Positions 1 through 9,515 of a stretch of DNA of 64,000 bases are shown in pieces. Every line of letters starts with the position of its first letter. Within the stretch, counting starts at the first letter, position 1. The position numbers and the translations under genes are program-made. The stretch is taken from positions 32,001-96,000 of the IMG/VR virus record IMGVR_UViG_3300022752_000026; one strand, 5' to 3'. The notes beneath the pieces are model-generated. The model worked only from the letters and a program-made list of their open reading frames with translations, did no database searches and was not told the origin of the DNA. This DNA is from a virus.

Positions 1-197
1 GCTGGGTCTTTCTTGTTGATATAGCGAAGCGCTACTGGGACAAGAGATGCCCAAAGGGAATTAGCAACCAAGAGCCACTCTCCCTGTCCGAAATCCAATG
101 GACTGGAAATTCCGCTGGTGCTTGCCACAATTGTGACTGCGCCAAATACCTGACCGAGCAGGTTGCGGAGGTAGGACTCAATCATTGCCTTGTTCAT
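1..197 (-). CDS. Holin-like membrane protein (3' end runs off window)
   Basis: Not in ORF track; reads MNKAMIESYLRNLLGQVFGAVTIVASTSGISSPLDFGQGEWLLVANSLWASLVPVALRYINKKDP, two hydrophobic segments ending in LRYxNxxDP as in small actinophage holins. Confidence 0.55.
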   Translation of the reverse strand, partial: MNKAMIESYLRNLLGQVFGAVTIVASTSGISSPLDFGQGEWLLVANSLWASLVPVALRYINKKDP

Positions 198-380
198 GTT
201 GTTACTCGTTTCTGTGGAAAGGAAGGTTCCCACGTCATAACAGACATTAGCAGATATGATGGGAAAAGATTTTTGTGAAAACGCGGATACATAAAGAGTT
301 TTTACTTAACAAGGACTAATTTGAGCGTGTAGAACAGCACGAATCTACTGTCTATTGTATAGAAAAAATATTAAGAAAAA

Positions 381-545
381 TTAGGACAAAGTGCTTTTGA
401 GATTTGTTTTTGGACTGTCGTTTCTATCATTCCAACACGGTTTACATAACCAACCGTTGAGTTCTTTTTCGTAGAGATAAGTAACTCTGACTGGAATCTT
501 GGCATCGCAAAGGACGCAATAAGATTTTCTGACATGACTACTCAT
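381..545 (-). CDS. Small zinc-finger protein
   Basis: MSSHVRKSYCVLC...WLCKPCW, two CxxC pairs; ATG overlaps upstream stop. Confidence 0.6.
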   Translation of the reverse strand: MSSHVRKSYCVLCDAKIPVRVTYLYEKELNGWLCKPCWNDRNDSPKTNLKSTLS

Positions 546-852
546 GGTGGTCAAATGGCCTCTGGAAGTTTCTAACATCATCGCCATTGATTGGCTTGTA
601 ATCACTTTCACGAATCAGGTCAATGGCTCGTCTTAGTCCTAAGGTGTAAAGACTTTTATCGTCTTCACCCATGCTGGCTTCCCATGCTCTAACTAGTTCT
701 GCAAGTCCACTAATCAAATACTGTTCTCTGCTATCTATTGCTTCATCTATAAAAGAAATCAAGTCAGGGGCAGAGTCTGGTTTTAGACTTCCATCCATAA
801 TCTTTTCAGTCATATGCCCAGAGATGACTCTTTTCAGTTCTGCTCTATTCAT
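538..852 (-). CDS. Hypothetical protein
   Basis: Start reassigned to MNRAELK, overlapping the upstream stop; part of a coupled leftward operon. Confidence 0.65.
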   Translation of the reverse strand: MNRAELKRVISGHMTEKIMDGSLKPDSAPDLISFIDEAIDSREQYLISGLAELVRAWEASMGEDDKSLYTLGLRRAIDLIRESDYKPINGDDVRNFQRPFDHHE

Positions 853-1402
853 TCTTTGGCAACCTTCCTGTTGTCTGCAAGGTAGCATCACATTGTTGGC
901 ATAGCAAAATGTCGTAGCGGTCAAAGAGAATATCTTTGTTCGGTTCGGCTGGTCTACCTTCTCCATCTATAATAACTGGATAGACAGCATCAGTAACTCC
1001 ACATGAAGCACAGATGTATGCGCCATCAATCCAATTGAAAGTTCCACCACTTTCCATCAATGCAACTATCCCTCGGATAAGAGCATGTTGGTTTGCGTTT
1101 CCATCAGAGACTCTTGCAAATGGGTTCAAAGTGCTAGCGGTTATCACTCCACGGAACTTATGGCAATGGCAGTAGCGAATATTGACTTGGCAAATAATCT
1201 GACCTTGAGTATTTCTTTTATGTCTATTAGCGCCGTGTCCACAGATACAGATACCTTTTGAAAGTCTGCGCTGTTTTCTAGTTCCAGACAAATCCTCTAC
1301 AATGCTGTCTGCTGTTGTAGCATCAATGCCCATCTTGGCAAGAACCTCAAGTTGTTCTTTACTCCATCTGCTAGTTGTTTCCTGGTTGTTGTCCACCACC
1401 AA
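845..1402 (-). CDS. Cys/His-rich multi-zinc-finger protein
   Basis: CICGH...H...C...CHCH plus CASC and CQQC motifs. Confidence 0.7.
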   Translation of the reverse strand: MVVDNNQETTSRWSKEQLEVLAKMGIDATTADSIVEDLSGTRKQRRLSKGICICGHGANRHKRNTQGQIICQVNIRYCHCHKFRGVITASTLNPFARVSDGNANQHALIRGIVALMESGGTFNWIDGAYICASCGVTDAVYPVIIDGEGRPAEPNKDILFDRYDILLCQQCDATLQTTGRLPKNE

Positions 1403-1619
1403 AGTCCCTCCGCATCTGTTCTATTATTTCTTGAAACTCTTCCTCTGTTTGAATCTTTTGTTGAATGTGAGATAGGAAGTCTTCCATCATCCTTCTCTTC
1501 AAAACTCTCTGCCACCAGTTCATAGTGCCAATTGCAAACATTGAAGCAAAGTAGCAAATTACCCAGAGCCCGACAACTTCTATCAGGCTAAACTGCCAAT
1601 CCATTATATTTTCATTCAT
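1371..1619 (-). CDS. Small single-pass membrane protein
   Basis: Hydrophobic LIEVVGLWVICYFASMFAIG followed by charged helix. Confidence 0.6.
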   Translation of the reverse strand: MNENIMDWQFSLIEVVGLWVICYFASMFAIGTMNWWQRVLKRRMMEDFLSHIQQKIQTEEEFQEIIEQMRRDFGGGQQPGNN

Positions 1620-1806
1620 GTTCTTGAATAACTCCAATTTCTTTTAGATGTTCGTAAATCGCATTGGAGTCACCAAGAGCAATCTCAGTCCACCTCTCCA
1701 AATCATCACCAGTTGGTTTCTTTTTGGGGAACCACCATTTCATCAGAGCAAAAGCCATCTCATCAATCAGGTCGTTGCCTTCCATCTCCCTGCCTTGCTC
1801 ACTCAT
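1612..1806 (-). CDS. Hypothetical protein
   Basis: Overlapping start/stop with neighbours; GGAG upstream. Confidence 0.6.
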   Translation of the reverse strand: MSEQGREMEGNDLIDEMAFALMKWWFPKKKPTGDDLERWTEIALGDSNAIYEHLKEIGVIQEHE

Positions 1807-2044
1807 AGTCTTCTCCTTCCAAACCAGTTCCCCAATCGTTAGGGAAATCTTTTGGGGTGCAAGCGGTTACTTCAGATTTACAGTTATAGCAATGTCCGTT
1901 GACTCCCCACATTCCAATCATGTAACTGTCTTTACAGAACTTGACTGGAACTACTAACCACTCACTTCCACACACTGGACATACAGGGGTAGGAATCCCA
2001 CTGGCATCAATGCTTGGGAACTCATTGCTTCCATTTACTGCCAT
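1799..2044 (-). CDS. Zinc-ribbon protein
   Basis: GIPTPVCPVCGS...CYNCKSEVTACTP. Confidence 0.65.
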   Translation of the reverse strand: MAVNGSNEFPSIDASGIPTPVCPVCGSEWLVVPVKFCKDSYMIGMWGVNGHCYNCKSEVTACTPKDFPNDWGTGLEGEDYE

Positions 2045-2220
2045 GTCATTACCGTCCTTTGTCAAGCAAAACAATACACCCTCTGTCAAGTATCTGTCTA
2101 TTCAACATTCCAACAATCCCATCAATAATAAAATCTAAAAAGAACTATAACACTATTGTAATCTCTAAACTGTCAAATTACATTTTTTCTTCCCTAATAC
2201 TATCACATAAAAGTATTGTC

Positions 2221-2343
2221 ATGTAATTCAAGTATTACCAAGTATTTTTCCTTAACGTACGCGTGGGGGCCCTTAAGGACCTCTGGAAAATATACTTAGC
2301 AATATATGAATATCTTAGCAATACTTGAATACATGTATACATG
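2221..2343. other. Nested inverted-repeat/palindrome cluster in AT-rich non-coding gap (ori- or terminus-like candidate)
   Basis: ATTCAAGTATT (2226) / AATACTTGAAT (2320) perfect IR; CCTTAA...TTAAGG around a GC core; CTTAGCAATA direct repeat x2; CATGTATACATG palindrome (2332-2343). Confidence 0.45.
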
Positions 2344-2553
2344 AATTACGCACAAATCCACCCAAAAGGTTCACCATGTATTCAACTATCAAAGTATCGC
2401 TAATTTTTCACCTAAAATATATTTAGAGCCGAAACAAAAATTTTTTTATATAAAACATACAAATAACTTGTTCAAGATGTCAAAATTTTCAAAAATCCTT
2501 GACAAAAACTTGACAACCACATTCTAGATTAACAGATATATTTTTGTTGTCAG

Positions 2554-2757
2554 TTACTTTTTTACATGTTTTTTGATGTATCGCAAAGTAAAACCAAGTA
2601 TCAAAGCATCATCCATTTGACCCAATACAGGGATAAAGTCAGGAATCAAATCTATTGGAGATGCCAAGTAGAGAACTAGCAGACCAACTACAACCTTTAC
2701 ATGAAGAGGACAACTACGGACATCTTCTATAATGGATTTATACTTCTCAGACTTCAT
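2554..2757 (-). CDS. DUF1232 (YkvA-like) membrane protein
   Basis: [21 protein letters not shown] signature. Confidence 0.9.
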   Translation of the reverse strand: MKSEKYKSIIEDVRSCPLHVKVVVGLLVLYLASPIDLIPDFIPVLGQMDDALILGFTLRYIKKHVKK

Positions 2758-3415
2758 AAACAATTTCTTTATGGTGCTTTACTTTGACTAGAGGGTCCAC
2801 AAAAATCTTGAACCCAGCCCTAGTAGCGTTGGCACACCAAGAATAATCCTCACCAACATTGACTCTCATCTCTCGGCCCTCTTCCCATTGGACACGATTT
2901 ATCAAGAACCATGGTCGCTCCATCTTCTCAAAGACACCATGCTTGATAGCCACAAAGCCAAAACCAACTCCACCAACCTCTACTGGCAAATCATGTAGCA
3001 AGAACTCAACCTTGTTGACCCTTGTTGGAACCCCTCGTTCATTCGGGTAGTTCACAGCCACAGTTCCAGCAGAGTCCAGTTGATAGAGACCAGAAACAAT
3101 ATCTAGTTCTGAATAGAACAACTTTAGGAAGTCATCAGGCTCCCACTCAATATCCGAATCAATCCAAAATATCTTTTTATACTCAATTCCCCCAGCAACC
3201 CCTACCCCCTCAGAGTAGTCATGTTGAGTCTTATTGAGAGCGGTTAGTTCTCTAGCGGTTGGCACAAAAGAGGAGTATTGTGATAGAAAGTCGTATTTGA
3301 TACCATTTGCGCTCAATTCACGCAAAGTCTTGGTCAAACTCTTTACATACTCCATTTTTGCCGAATGACCGGGGGTAGCAATCAAAACTCTATTGTCTCC
3401 AACTACAGGACTCAT
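2747..3415 (-). CDS. Glycosyltransferase, GT-A fold (GT2-like)
   Basis: IATP start, FWIDSDI (DxD), GFGF, GEDYSWC, HHK motifs. Confidence 0.75.
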   Translation of the reverse strand: MSPVVGDNRVLIATPGHSAKMEYVKSLTKTLRELSANGIKYDFLSQYSSFVPTARELTALNKTQHDYSEGVGVAGGIEYKKIFWIDSDIEWEPDDFLKLFYSELDIVSGLYQLDSAGTVAVNYPNERGVPTRVNKVEFLLHDLPVEVGGVGFGFVAIKHGVFEKMERPWFLINRVQWEEGREMRVNVGEDYSWCANATRAGFKIFVDPLVKVKHHKEIVYEV

Positions 3416-4086
3416 AATCTAAACCCAATCTCTTTATGGTGTTGAACCAATACCGACCTATCAACCTTTATTTCAAATCCAGCCCTTTTAGCCTTAAGAC
3501 ACCATGAAAAGTCTTCGCCTACAGAGGTAGCCCCATCTTCCCAAACAACACTCTCAATGCTAAAGTATGGCCTTTCAAGTTTTTCAAAGACCCCCGCTGC
3601 CACACATAGAAATCCAAATCCAACTGTATAAACACCAACAACTTCTTCACCTTCAGGGATAAATCCCAAAAAGTTGCTCTTCTTATGCCAGACCGGCATT
3701 CCGTCCTCTCCACGATAAAAGACGCACAAATCTCCGTCAAGGCTAGAGGCATAGACCCCAGAGATGATACTTTCCTGACTTTTATACAACTTCATAAAAT
3801 CATCAGGGGTCCACGAAATATCTGAATCAATCCAAAAGATTTTGTTGTAAGTAATGCCCTGCAAAATTGGAGCATCTAGAAACTCTGACTTTTTCTCTCC
3901 TGCTCTAGGGTTGGCAAGAATTGTTATCTCCCTAGCATGAGCAACAAAAGAAGAATATTCGCTGACAAAGGTATAACTAATACCCTCTTCTTCTAAGCGT
4001 TTTATAGTGTGAATTAGGCTCTTTACATAAGGAGCCTTCATTGAATGTCCAGGGGTGCAGATAACTACATCGCGGTGTGTTGTCAC
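3412..4086 (-). CDS. Glycosyltransferase, GT-A fold (paralog of 2747-3415)
   Basis: ICTPGHS, FWIDSDI, GFGF, GEDFSWC, HHKEI shared with neighbour. Confidence 0.75.
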   Translation of the reverse strand: MTTHRDVVICTPGHSMKAPYVKSLIHTIKRLEEEGISYTFVSEYSSFVAHAREITILANPRAGEKKSEFLDAPILQGITYNKIFWIDSDISWTPDDFMKLYKSQESIISGVYASSLDGDLCVFYRGEDGMPVWHKKSNFLGFIPEGEEVVGVYTVGFGFLCVAAGVFEKLERPYFSIESVVWEDGATSVGEDFSWCLKAKRAGFEIKVDRSVLVQHHKEIGFRL

Positions 4087-4120
4087 GGGTTTACTCTACT
4101 CCTTCTGTTAATATTTTCCT

Positions 4121-4336
4121 ATGCCTTTTGAAGACGATTTGGATGTTTTAGATTTTACTTGCGACTTTGTAAATTGTCCAACTCACTACATACGAGGCGC
4201 AAAGGGCTCAGAGTTCGTCACCGTCATCACCAATACAGGGATGCTCTATTTCTATTCAATGGACTGCCTTGCTTTATGGGCAGGGTCTTTTCCTATCGGT
4301 CACTTAGTTACAGGCACAGATGCGGCAGAAGAATAA
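4121..4336 (+). CDS. Hypothetical small protein (Cys-containing)
   Basis: TAATAT 6 nt before ATG (leaderless); CDxxxC...FxSxxC. Confidence 0.6.
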   Translation: MPFEDDLDVLDFTCDFVNCPTHYIRGAKGSEFVTVITNTGMLYFYSMDCLALWAGSFPIGHLVTGTDAAEE

Positions 4337-4584
4337 TGGCAAGACCAAAAGTAAGTAAGAAAATCCTTTGGGAGATAGCCGAAAAGATTATGTCTGATAG
4401 GGGTTGGACTCCAGAGCAATCTCCAATAGAGTTTGATAGGAACAGAGACGATAGCCAAATTGTTCTTATCAAAGAGGACCTAGAAGATATGCTTACATAC
4501 TTTAGTTATAGCGAAGTTTATTGCGAACACATTGGTTGTAAGAAAAAAGACATGATTATTTTTACTCACACACATGAACACTAA
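4336..4584 (+). CDS. Hypothetical protein
   Basis: Start MARPKV coupled to upstream TAA (TAATG). Confidence 0.6.
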   Translation: MARPKVSKKILWEIAEKIMSDRGWTPEQSPIEFDRNRDDSQIVLIKEDLEDMLTYFSYSEVYCEHIGCKKKDMIIFTHTHEH

Positions 4585-4921
4585 AACTGTAATGAAATCA
4601 AAGATTTATCTTTCTGGTCCAATGACTGGTTATCCAGAATATAACTATCCGTTATTCAATAAAACTGCCGAATATATTCGTTCCTGCGGCTATCCAGTAT
4701 TCAATCCAGCAGAATGTTTTGATGGAGATACTTCTCTTCCTAAAGAAACATATATGCGTGAAGACATCAAAGCAGTCTTAGAGTGTGAGATGGTCGTGAC
4801 TCTTCCTGGATGGCAGGAATCGTCTGGGGCTTTACTTGAGGTTGAGGTTGCTCGCGCTTGCGGAATACCTGTTATAGACTTACAAGAGTTCATGTGGCTA
4901 GAAGAAAACGAGAGGGATTAA
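4574..4921 (+). CDS. DUF4406 / nucleoside 2-deoxyribosyltransferase-like protein
   Basis: IYLSGPMTGYPEYNYPLF...VFNPA...LPGWQESSGALLE. Confidence 0.85.
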   Translation: MNTKTVMKSKIYLSGPMTGYPEYNYPLFNKTAEYIRSCGYPVFNPAECFDGDTSLPKETYMREDIKAVLECEMVVTLPGWQESSGALLEVEVARACGIPVIDLQEFMWLEENERD

Positions 4922-4923
4922 TA

Positions 4924-5163
4924 ATGTCTGATGATGTAGCAGTTCGTTGGAGCAATTATGATGAATTTCGTTCTAGAATTGAATATGAAACAAGACATAA
5001 AATATCAGCACAACTTCAACTTAAAATTGCAGTTGTCAAAGAAGCAGGTCTGTCAACAGAATTTCTTGCTGGTTTATCGTTAGCCAACGCTATTATTCTT
5101 AATCAGATACCAGAAGAAAATAATAAAAAATTGGACGAGTCCTCACAACTACGTCTCATTTAG
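4924..5163 (+). CDS. Hypothetical protein
   Basis: GAGGGA SD before MSDDV. Confidence 0.55.
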   Translation: MSDDVAVRWSNYDEFRSRIEYETRHKISAQLQLKIAVVKEAGLSTEFLAGLSLANAIILNQIPEENNKKLDESSQLRLI

Positions 5164-5237
5164 TCTTTGCTAGTATTTCCGTCCAAGGCAGTCGCTAAGG
5201 GTTATAAATCATTCGTTTTCCGTTGAGAGGGGCCTAA

Positions 5238-7289
5238 GTGTCTATTAATTTTTCCTTCAAGTTGTCAGAGGATTTTGTCGGCTCCTATAAGGATAAGAAA
5301 GCACCTTTTGGTTATAGGGATGCTGCTGGCAACTCTGTTGGAGAAATTACTTTCCTACGCACATATTCACGACTCAAAGAAGACGGCACAAAAGAAACTT
5401 GGGCAGATGTTTGCGAGCGCGTAATCAATGGAATGTATTCAATCCAAAAAGACCACGCTAAAACACAGCGTCTTCCTTGGTCTGATACTCGTGCTGCTGC
5501 TAGTGCAAAAGAAGCGTTTGACCGTTTATTTAATTTGAAGTGGACTCCTCCAGGACGCGGTCTTTGGGTTATGGGAACAAACATTGTCAATGTCCAAAGA
5601 AACTCAGCGGCGTTACAAAACTGCGCATTTGTTTCAACAAAAGAAATGACAAAAAACGACCCTGCTAAACCGTTTGCGTTTCTTATGGAAGCATCAATGC
5701 TCGGCGTTGGAGTTGGTTTTGATGACAAAGGCGCAGATAAAGATTTCACAATTTATGAGCCAAAGGGAGAAGAGACATATGTCGTTCCAGATACCAGAGA
5801 AGGATGGGTTGACTCGCTCGTCCTCATCCTCAACTCTTACCTCCGACCAGATACGAAGGCTCCACTATTTGATTACAAAGAAATCCGCCCTGCGGGAACT
5901 CCAATTAAAACATTCGGAGGAACAGCAGCAGGACACGAACCACTAGAAAAACTTCACAACCATATTCATAAACTATTCAAAGGACGCGCTGGTGAAAAAG
6001 TTACTCGTAAAGATATTGCTGATATTGGTAATCTTATCGGTGTCTGCGTCGTTTCTGGCAACGTTCGTCGCTCTGCTGAACTTCTAATTGGTCGCATTGA
6101 CGACCAAAATTTCTTAAACCTAAAGAACGCTGAAGTTTATCCAGAACGCAATTCATATGACCCAGAAAATCCAGGTTGGGCATGGATGTCAAACAACTCT
6201 GTTGAAGCATCAGTTGGTGCTGACCTAACTCCAATTGTTGACGGTATTGCTCGTAACGGAGAACCTGGAGTTATTTGGCTTGATGTATCTCGTAAGTATG
6301 GTCGTCTTATTGACCCACCTAACGATAAAGATTGGCGTGTAGCAGGTTACAACCCATGCGCAGAACAATCACTTGAATCTTATGAGTGCTGCACACTTGT
6401 TGAAACATATCTAAATCGCCACGAATCATCTGAAGACTATAACCGCACATTGAAATTTGCTTATCTTTACGCAAAAACTGTAACTCTTCTTCCAACACAT
6501 TGGGAAGAAACTAACGCAATCATGCAGCGCAACCGTCGCATTGGCACATCAATGTCAGGTGTCGCTAACTTTGCTGACCGCGTTGGTCTTCCCACTCTTC
6601 GTGAATGGATGGACTCAGGATACAAAACCATTCAAGCATACGATAAAACATATTCAGAATGGCTTGGAGTTCGTGAATCAATCAAGACAACTACAGTAAA
6701 GCCTAGTGGAACAGTTTCTATTCTTGCTGGAGAATCACCAGGAGTTCACTGGACTCCAGGCGGCGAATACTTCCTTCGTGCTATTCGTTTTGCTAACTCT
6801 GACCCAATGCTTCCTCTTTTCAAGATGGCTAACTATCGTGTAGAACCAGCATCAGAGTCACCAGACACAACCTCAGTTGTATTCTTCCCAATCAAGTCTG
6901 ATGCTAAGCGAAGTGAAAAAGATGTTTCTATTTACGAAAAGATGTCACTTGCAGCCGTTGCTCAGCGTTATTGGTCTGACAACTCTGTCTCTGTAACAAT
7001 TTCTTTTGACTCAGAGAAAGAAGCAGATGCTGTTGGAACAGTCCTACATATGTATGACGGACAACTAAAGACTGTCTCTTTCCTTCCACAAGGAAACTTT
7101 ACCTACCCACAGATGCCCTACACCCAGATAACTGAAAAAGAATATGAAGAAGATGGAACTCTCAAACTCTTCCCAATTGACTTCTCAGGTGTCTACGCTG
7201 GAATGGGAGCAGAAGCGATTGGCGAGGCTTATTGCACCACAGACGCTTGTGAGATAAAATTGATTACCGAAAACCAGAAGGATAAATAA
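5238..7289 (+). CDS. nrdJ: Class II (adenosylcobalamin-dependent) ribonucleotide reductase
   Basis: PPGRGLW, NCAF, NPCAEQ catalytic motif, TTVKPSGT, C-terminal CTTDAC redox pair. Confidence 0.95.
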   Translation: MSINFSFKLSEDFVGSYKDKKAPFGYRDAAGNSVGEITFLRTYSRLKEDGTKETWADVCERVINGMYSIQKDHAKTQRLPWSDTRAAASAKEAFDRLFNLKWTPPGRGLWVMGTNIVNVQRNSAALQNCAFVSTKEMTKNDPAKPFAFLMEASMLGVGVGFDDKGADKDFTIYEPKGEETYVVPDTREGWVDSLVLILNSYLRPDTKAPLFDYKEIRPAGTPIKTFGGTAAGHEPLEKLHNHIHKLFKGRAGEKVTRKDIADIGNLIGVCVVSGNVRRSAELLIGRIDDQNFLNLKNAEVYPERNSYDPENPGWAWMSNNSVEASVGADLTPIVDGIARNGEPGVIWLDVSRKYGRLIDPPNDKDWRVAGYNPCAEQSLESYECCTLVETYLNRHESSEDYNRTLKFAYLYAKTVTLLPTHWEETNAIMQRNRRIGTSMSGVANFADRVGLPTLREWMDSGYKTIQAYDKTYSEWLGVRESIKTTTVKPSGTVSILAGESPGVHWTPGGEYFLRAIRFANSDPMLPLFKMANYRVEPASESPDTTSVVFFPIKSDAKRSEKDVSIYEKMSLAAVAQRYWSDNSVSVTISFDSEKEADAVGTVLHMYDGQLKTVSFLPQGNFTYPQMPYTQITEKEYEEDGTLKLFPIDFSGVYAGMGAEAIGEAYCTTDACEIKLITENQKDK

Positions 7290-7534
7290 TGAAGGTAACT
7301 GTTTACACAATGCCTCATTGCGCACAATGTGACATGACTAAAAAACTACTGACTAGAGATAATGTCGTATTTTCTGAAGTTGATGTAAGCATAGACACCG
7401 AGGCATACGACTACATAACCTCTCTAGGCTATAAACAGGCCCCAGTTGTTGTAGTCAACGATGACCTGCATTGGTCTGGGTTTAGGGTAGATAAGATTGC
7501 TTTTCTAAGAAGTCTTGACCTAGGCTCTAACTAA
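7289..7534 (+). CDS. nrdH: NrdH-like glutaredoxin
   Basis: VTVYT..CAQC..TK, LGYKQAPVV, HWSGFR. Confidence 0.92.
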   Translation: MKVTVYTMPHCAQCDMTKKLLTRDNVVFSEVDVSIDTEAYDYITSLGYKQAPVVVVNDDLHWSGFRVDKIAFLRSLDLGSN

Positions 7535-7579
7535 AACCTGTAGACTAAGGCTCCATTTCAATACCTAAGGAGTAGTCCC

Positions 7580-7969
7580 GTGTCAGTAGAACACAAACAC
7601 ATCCTCATCAACGCACGGGTCAATAACCCGCTCAATCGCTTTGAGGAAGCAATAGAGTTTTTGAATGATTTAGTAGACCGAGTTGGAATGAAGGTTCTTA
7701 TGGGGCCTCATGCTACCTATGTCAGCACTCCAGGAAATCAGGGAGTTACAGCAATCGTTGGCATTGAGACCAGCCATATTGCTTTCCACGTCTGGGACGA
7801 AGAGATGCCAGCAAGACTTCAGTTTGACCTCTATACCTGTGGTTCTCTAGATAAGGACGTTGTCCTAGAAGCAGTTCATCGTAAATTTGACGTTGTTAGC
7901 GCCGACTACCGAATCTACGATAGAGAGACTGGTTTCGTGCTTCTAGAAGAGGGAACTCTTCCTTCTTAA
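7580..7969 (+). CDS. speD: S-adenosylmethionine decarboxylase proenzyme (auxiliary metabolic gene)
   Basis: H-x-L-I N-terminus, GVT...IETSHIAFHVW, FDLYTCG motifs of the SpeD/SpeH family. Confidence 0.85.
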   Translation: MSVEHKHILINARVNNPLNRFEEAIEFLNDLVDRVGMKVLMGPHATYVSTPGNQGVTAIVGIETSHIAFHVWDEEMPARLQFDLYTCGSLDKDVVLEAVHRKFDVVSADYRIYDRETGFVLLEEGTLPS

Positions 7970-8019
7970 CCAAAATCACCATCTCCGTCCAACAGTAAAA
8001 TTGTCTACTGGAGGACACG

Positions 8020-8250
8020 ATGTCAAAACGATTTTTAGCACTAACCCTTGTCTGCCTGACTCTCACAGGTTGTGGCTACCAAGGGACATATCGCTACCCA
8101 TGTCAGAACCCTGCCAACTGGGAAAAAGCGGAGTGTAAGCCACCTATCTGTGAAGTGGCTGGAACATGTCCAGAAGACATTGTTGGCGAAGACATTGTAA
8201 ATCCACCGACAGATGCAACCACAACGGACGGGACAACAAACAATGGCTAA
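8020..8250 (+). CDS. Small lipoprotein
   Basis: Signal MSKRFLALTLVCLT followed by lipobox LTGC; YRYPCQNP..W...ECKPPIC....TCP. Confidence 0.75.
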   Translation: MSKRFLALTLVCLTLTGCGYQGTYRYPCQNPANWEKAECKPPICEVAGTCPEDIVGEDIVNPPTDATTTDGTTNNG

Positions 8251-8686
8251 ACAGCGCCTTACTCCATCAGAACTAGATGCTCGCTTAAAGTTTATTTTAG
8301 GTATCACTCTAGGAGCAATCCTTTTACTTACAGCAGTAGGAATTCTTTACGGACTTCTATTTGTCTCGCAGCCAATCAATGCGCAGTCAGAAAATGACAA
8401 GATGTTCTTCAATGTTCTTGGTTCCGTTGCCACGTTCATTACAGGAACTTTGGCTGGTCTTTTGATTGGTCAGTCTGGTGCTAAAGACATTATGTCGGCA
8501 CAACTAGCAAACAAAGAGATGGACGCTAAAAACACTCAGGCAGATAAAAAACTTGAGTCAGAACTTGAAATTGCAGAAAAGAAAGTTGATGCTGAGATTG
8601 ACGCTACTCGCGCTCGCTTAGCAGCAAAACCAGATGGCGCAATGCCACAAGAACAACCAGTAGACACTGACTGGGATAAGGAGTAA
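8243..8686 (+). CDS. 2-TM membrane protein with coiled-coil tail (holin/lysis-associated candidate)
   Basis: Two hydrophobic helices then charged helix; lies upstream of the endolysin. Confidence 0.65.
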   Translation: MAKQRLTPSELDARLKFILGITLGAILLLTAVGILYGLLFVSQPINAQSENDKMFFNVLGSVATFITGTLAGLLIGQSGAKDIMSAQLANKEMDAKNTQADKKLESELEIAEKKVDAEIDATRARLAAKPDGAMPQEQPVDTDWDKE

Positions 8687-8688
8687 TC

Positions 8689-8859
8689 ATGGGAGCCCTA
8701 AGAGCAGCAGCAAAAGCAGCAGCAGAAGCAGCAGCAGCAAAAGCAGCAGAGACAGCAAAAGCAGAAGCAGAACGTGCTGCCCTTGCTGAAAAGGCTAAGT
8801 CAGAAAAGGCAAAAGAAAAAGCCAAGGACTCTTTTGATGATGAAGAGGATGAAGACTAA
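8689..8859 (+). CDS. Ala/Lys-rich 56-aa peptide with acidic tail
   Basis: Not in ORF track; AAGGAG SD; MGALRAAAKAAAEAAAAK...DSFDDEEDED fills the gap exactly. Confidence 0.6.
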   Translation: MGALRAAAKAAAEAAAAKAAETAKAEAERAALAEKAKSEKAKEKAKDSFDDEEDED

Positions 8860-8861
8860 TT

Positions 8862-9515
8862 ATGGCTGTAGATGACTTTCCAGTTCCAGCACCTTCTGAC
8901 GCTAAACCTCAAGGTAGCGTTGCTCGCTTTGTGCAGGTTGCTAAGTCTCAAGTTGGATACATTGAAGGTCCAAAAGATAACGAGACAAAGTATGGAGCAT
9001 ACACAAAAGCCAACTTTCAACCTTGGTGCGGTTCTTTCGTAAACTGGTGTGCAAACGAAGCAGGAGTAAAAATTCCTAATACTGTTTACACTCCAGGTGG
9101 AGCAGCAGCGTTCAAAAAGGCTGGACAGTGGATTGATGTAGATGTTGCTGACCCAGAAGCAGGAGATATTGCCTATTTTGATTTCCCATCAGATGGCGTT
9201 GATAGAATTTCACATGTCGGAATTGTTATTGAAGACAATGAAGATGGAACCGTTTGGTGCATTGAAGGCAATACAACTGGTGATGGCAAAAAAGGTAGCC
9301 AACGAAATGGCGGCGAGGCTTGCAAAAAACTTCGTGCTTATAAGAAAAACAAAGCAGGAGTAATGATTTCTATTGTTGGCTTTGGTCGTCCTAAGTTCAA
9401 AGCAGGTGGTTCAGCATCCGCTCCTTCTAGTTCTACAAAGGCAGCACCATCAACCGAGCAGAAAATAGCACCTAAAAAGAAGACATGCTCAGAATGTGGT
9501 CAGGAAATTAAGTAA
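8862..9515 (+). CDS. CHAP-domain endolysin/peptidoglycan hydrolase
   Basis: QVGYIEG..N.TKYG, PWCGSFV, SHVGIV, IEGNT motifs. Confidence 0.9.
   Translation: MAVDDFPVPAPSDAKPQGSVARFVQVAKSQVGYIEGPKDNETKYGAYTKANFQPWCGSFVNWCANEAGVKIPNTVYTPGGAAAFKKAGQWIDVDVADPEAGDIAYFDFPSDGVDRISHVGIVIEDNEDGTVWCIEGNTTGDGKKGSQRNGGEACKKLRAYKKNKAGVMISIVGFGRPKFKAGGSASAPSSSTKAAPSTEQKIAPKKKTCSECGQEIK

Noticed and set aside
5164-5237. Cobalamin riboswitch upstream of nrdJ
   Set aside because: Gap is only ~74 bp and lacks recognisable B12-box features.
5312-6234. ORFs overlapping nrdJ (and similar ones inside terL, helicase and polA)
   Set aside because: Shadow frames of well-supported genes with no recognisable motifs.
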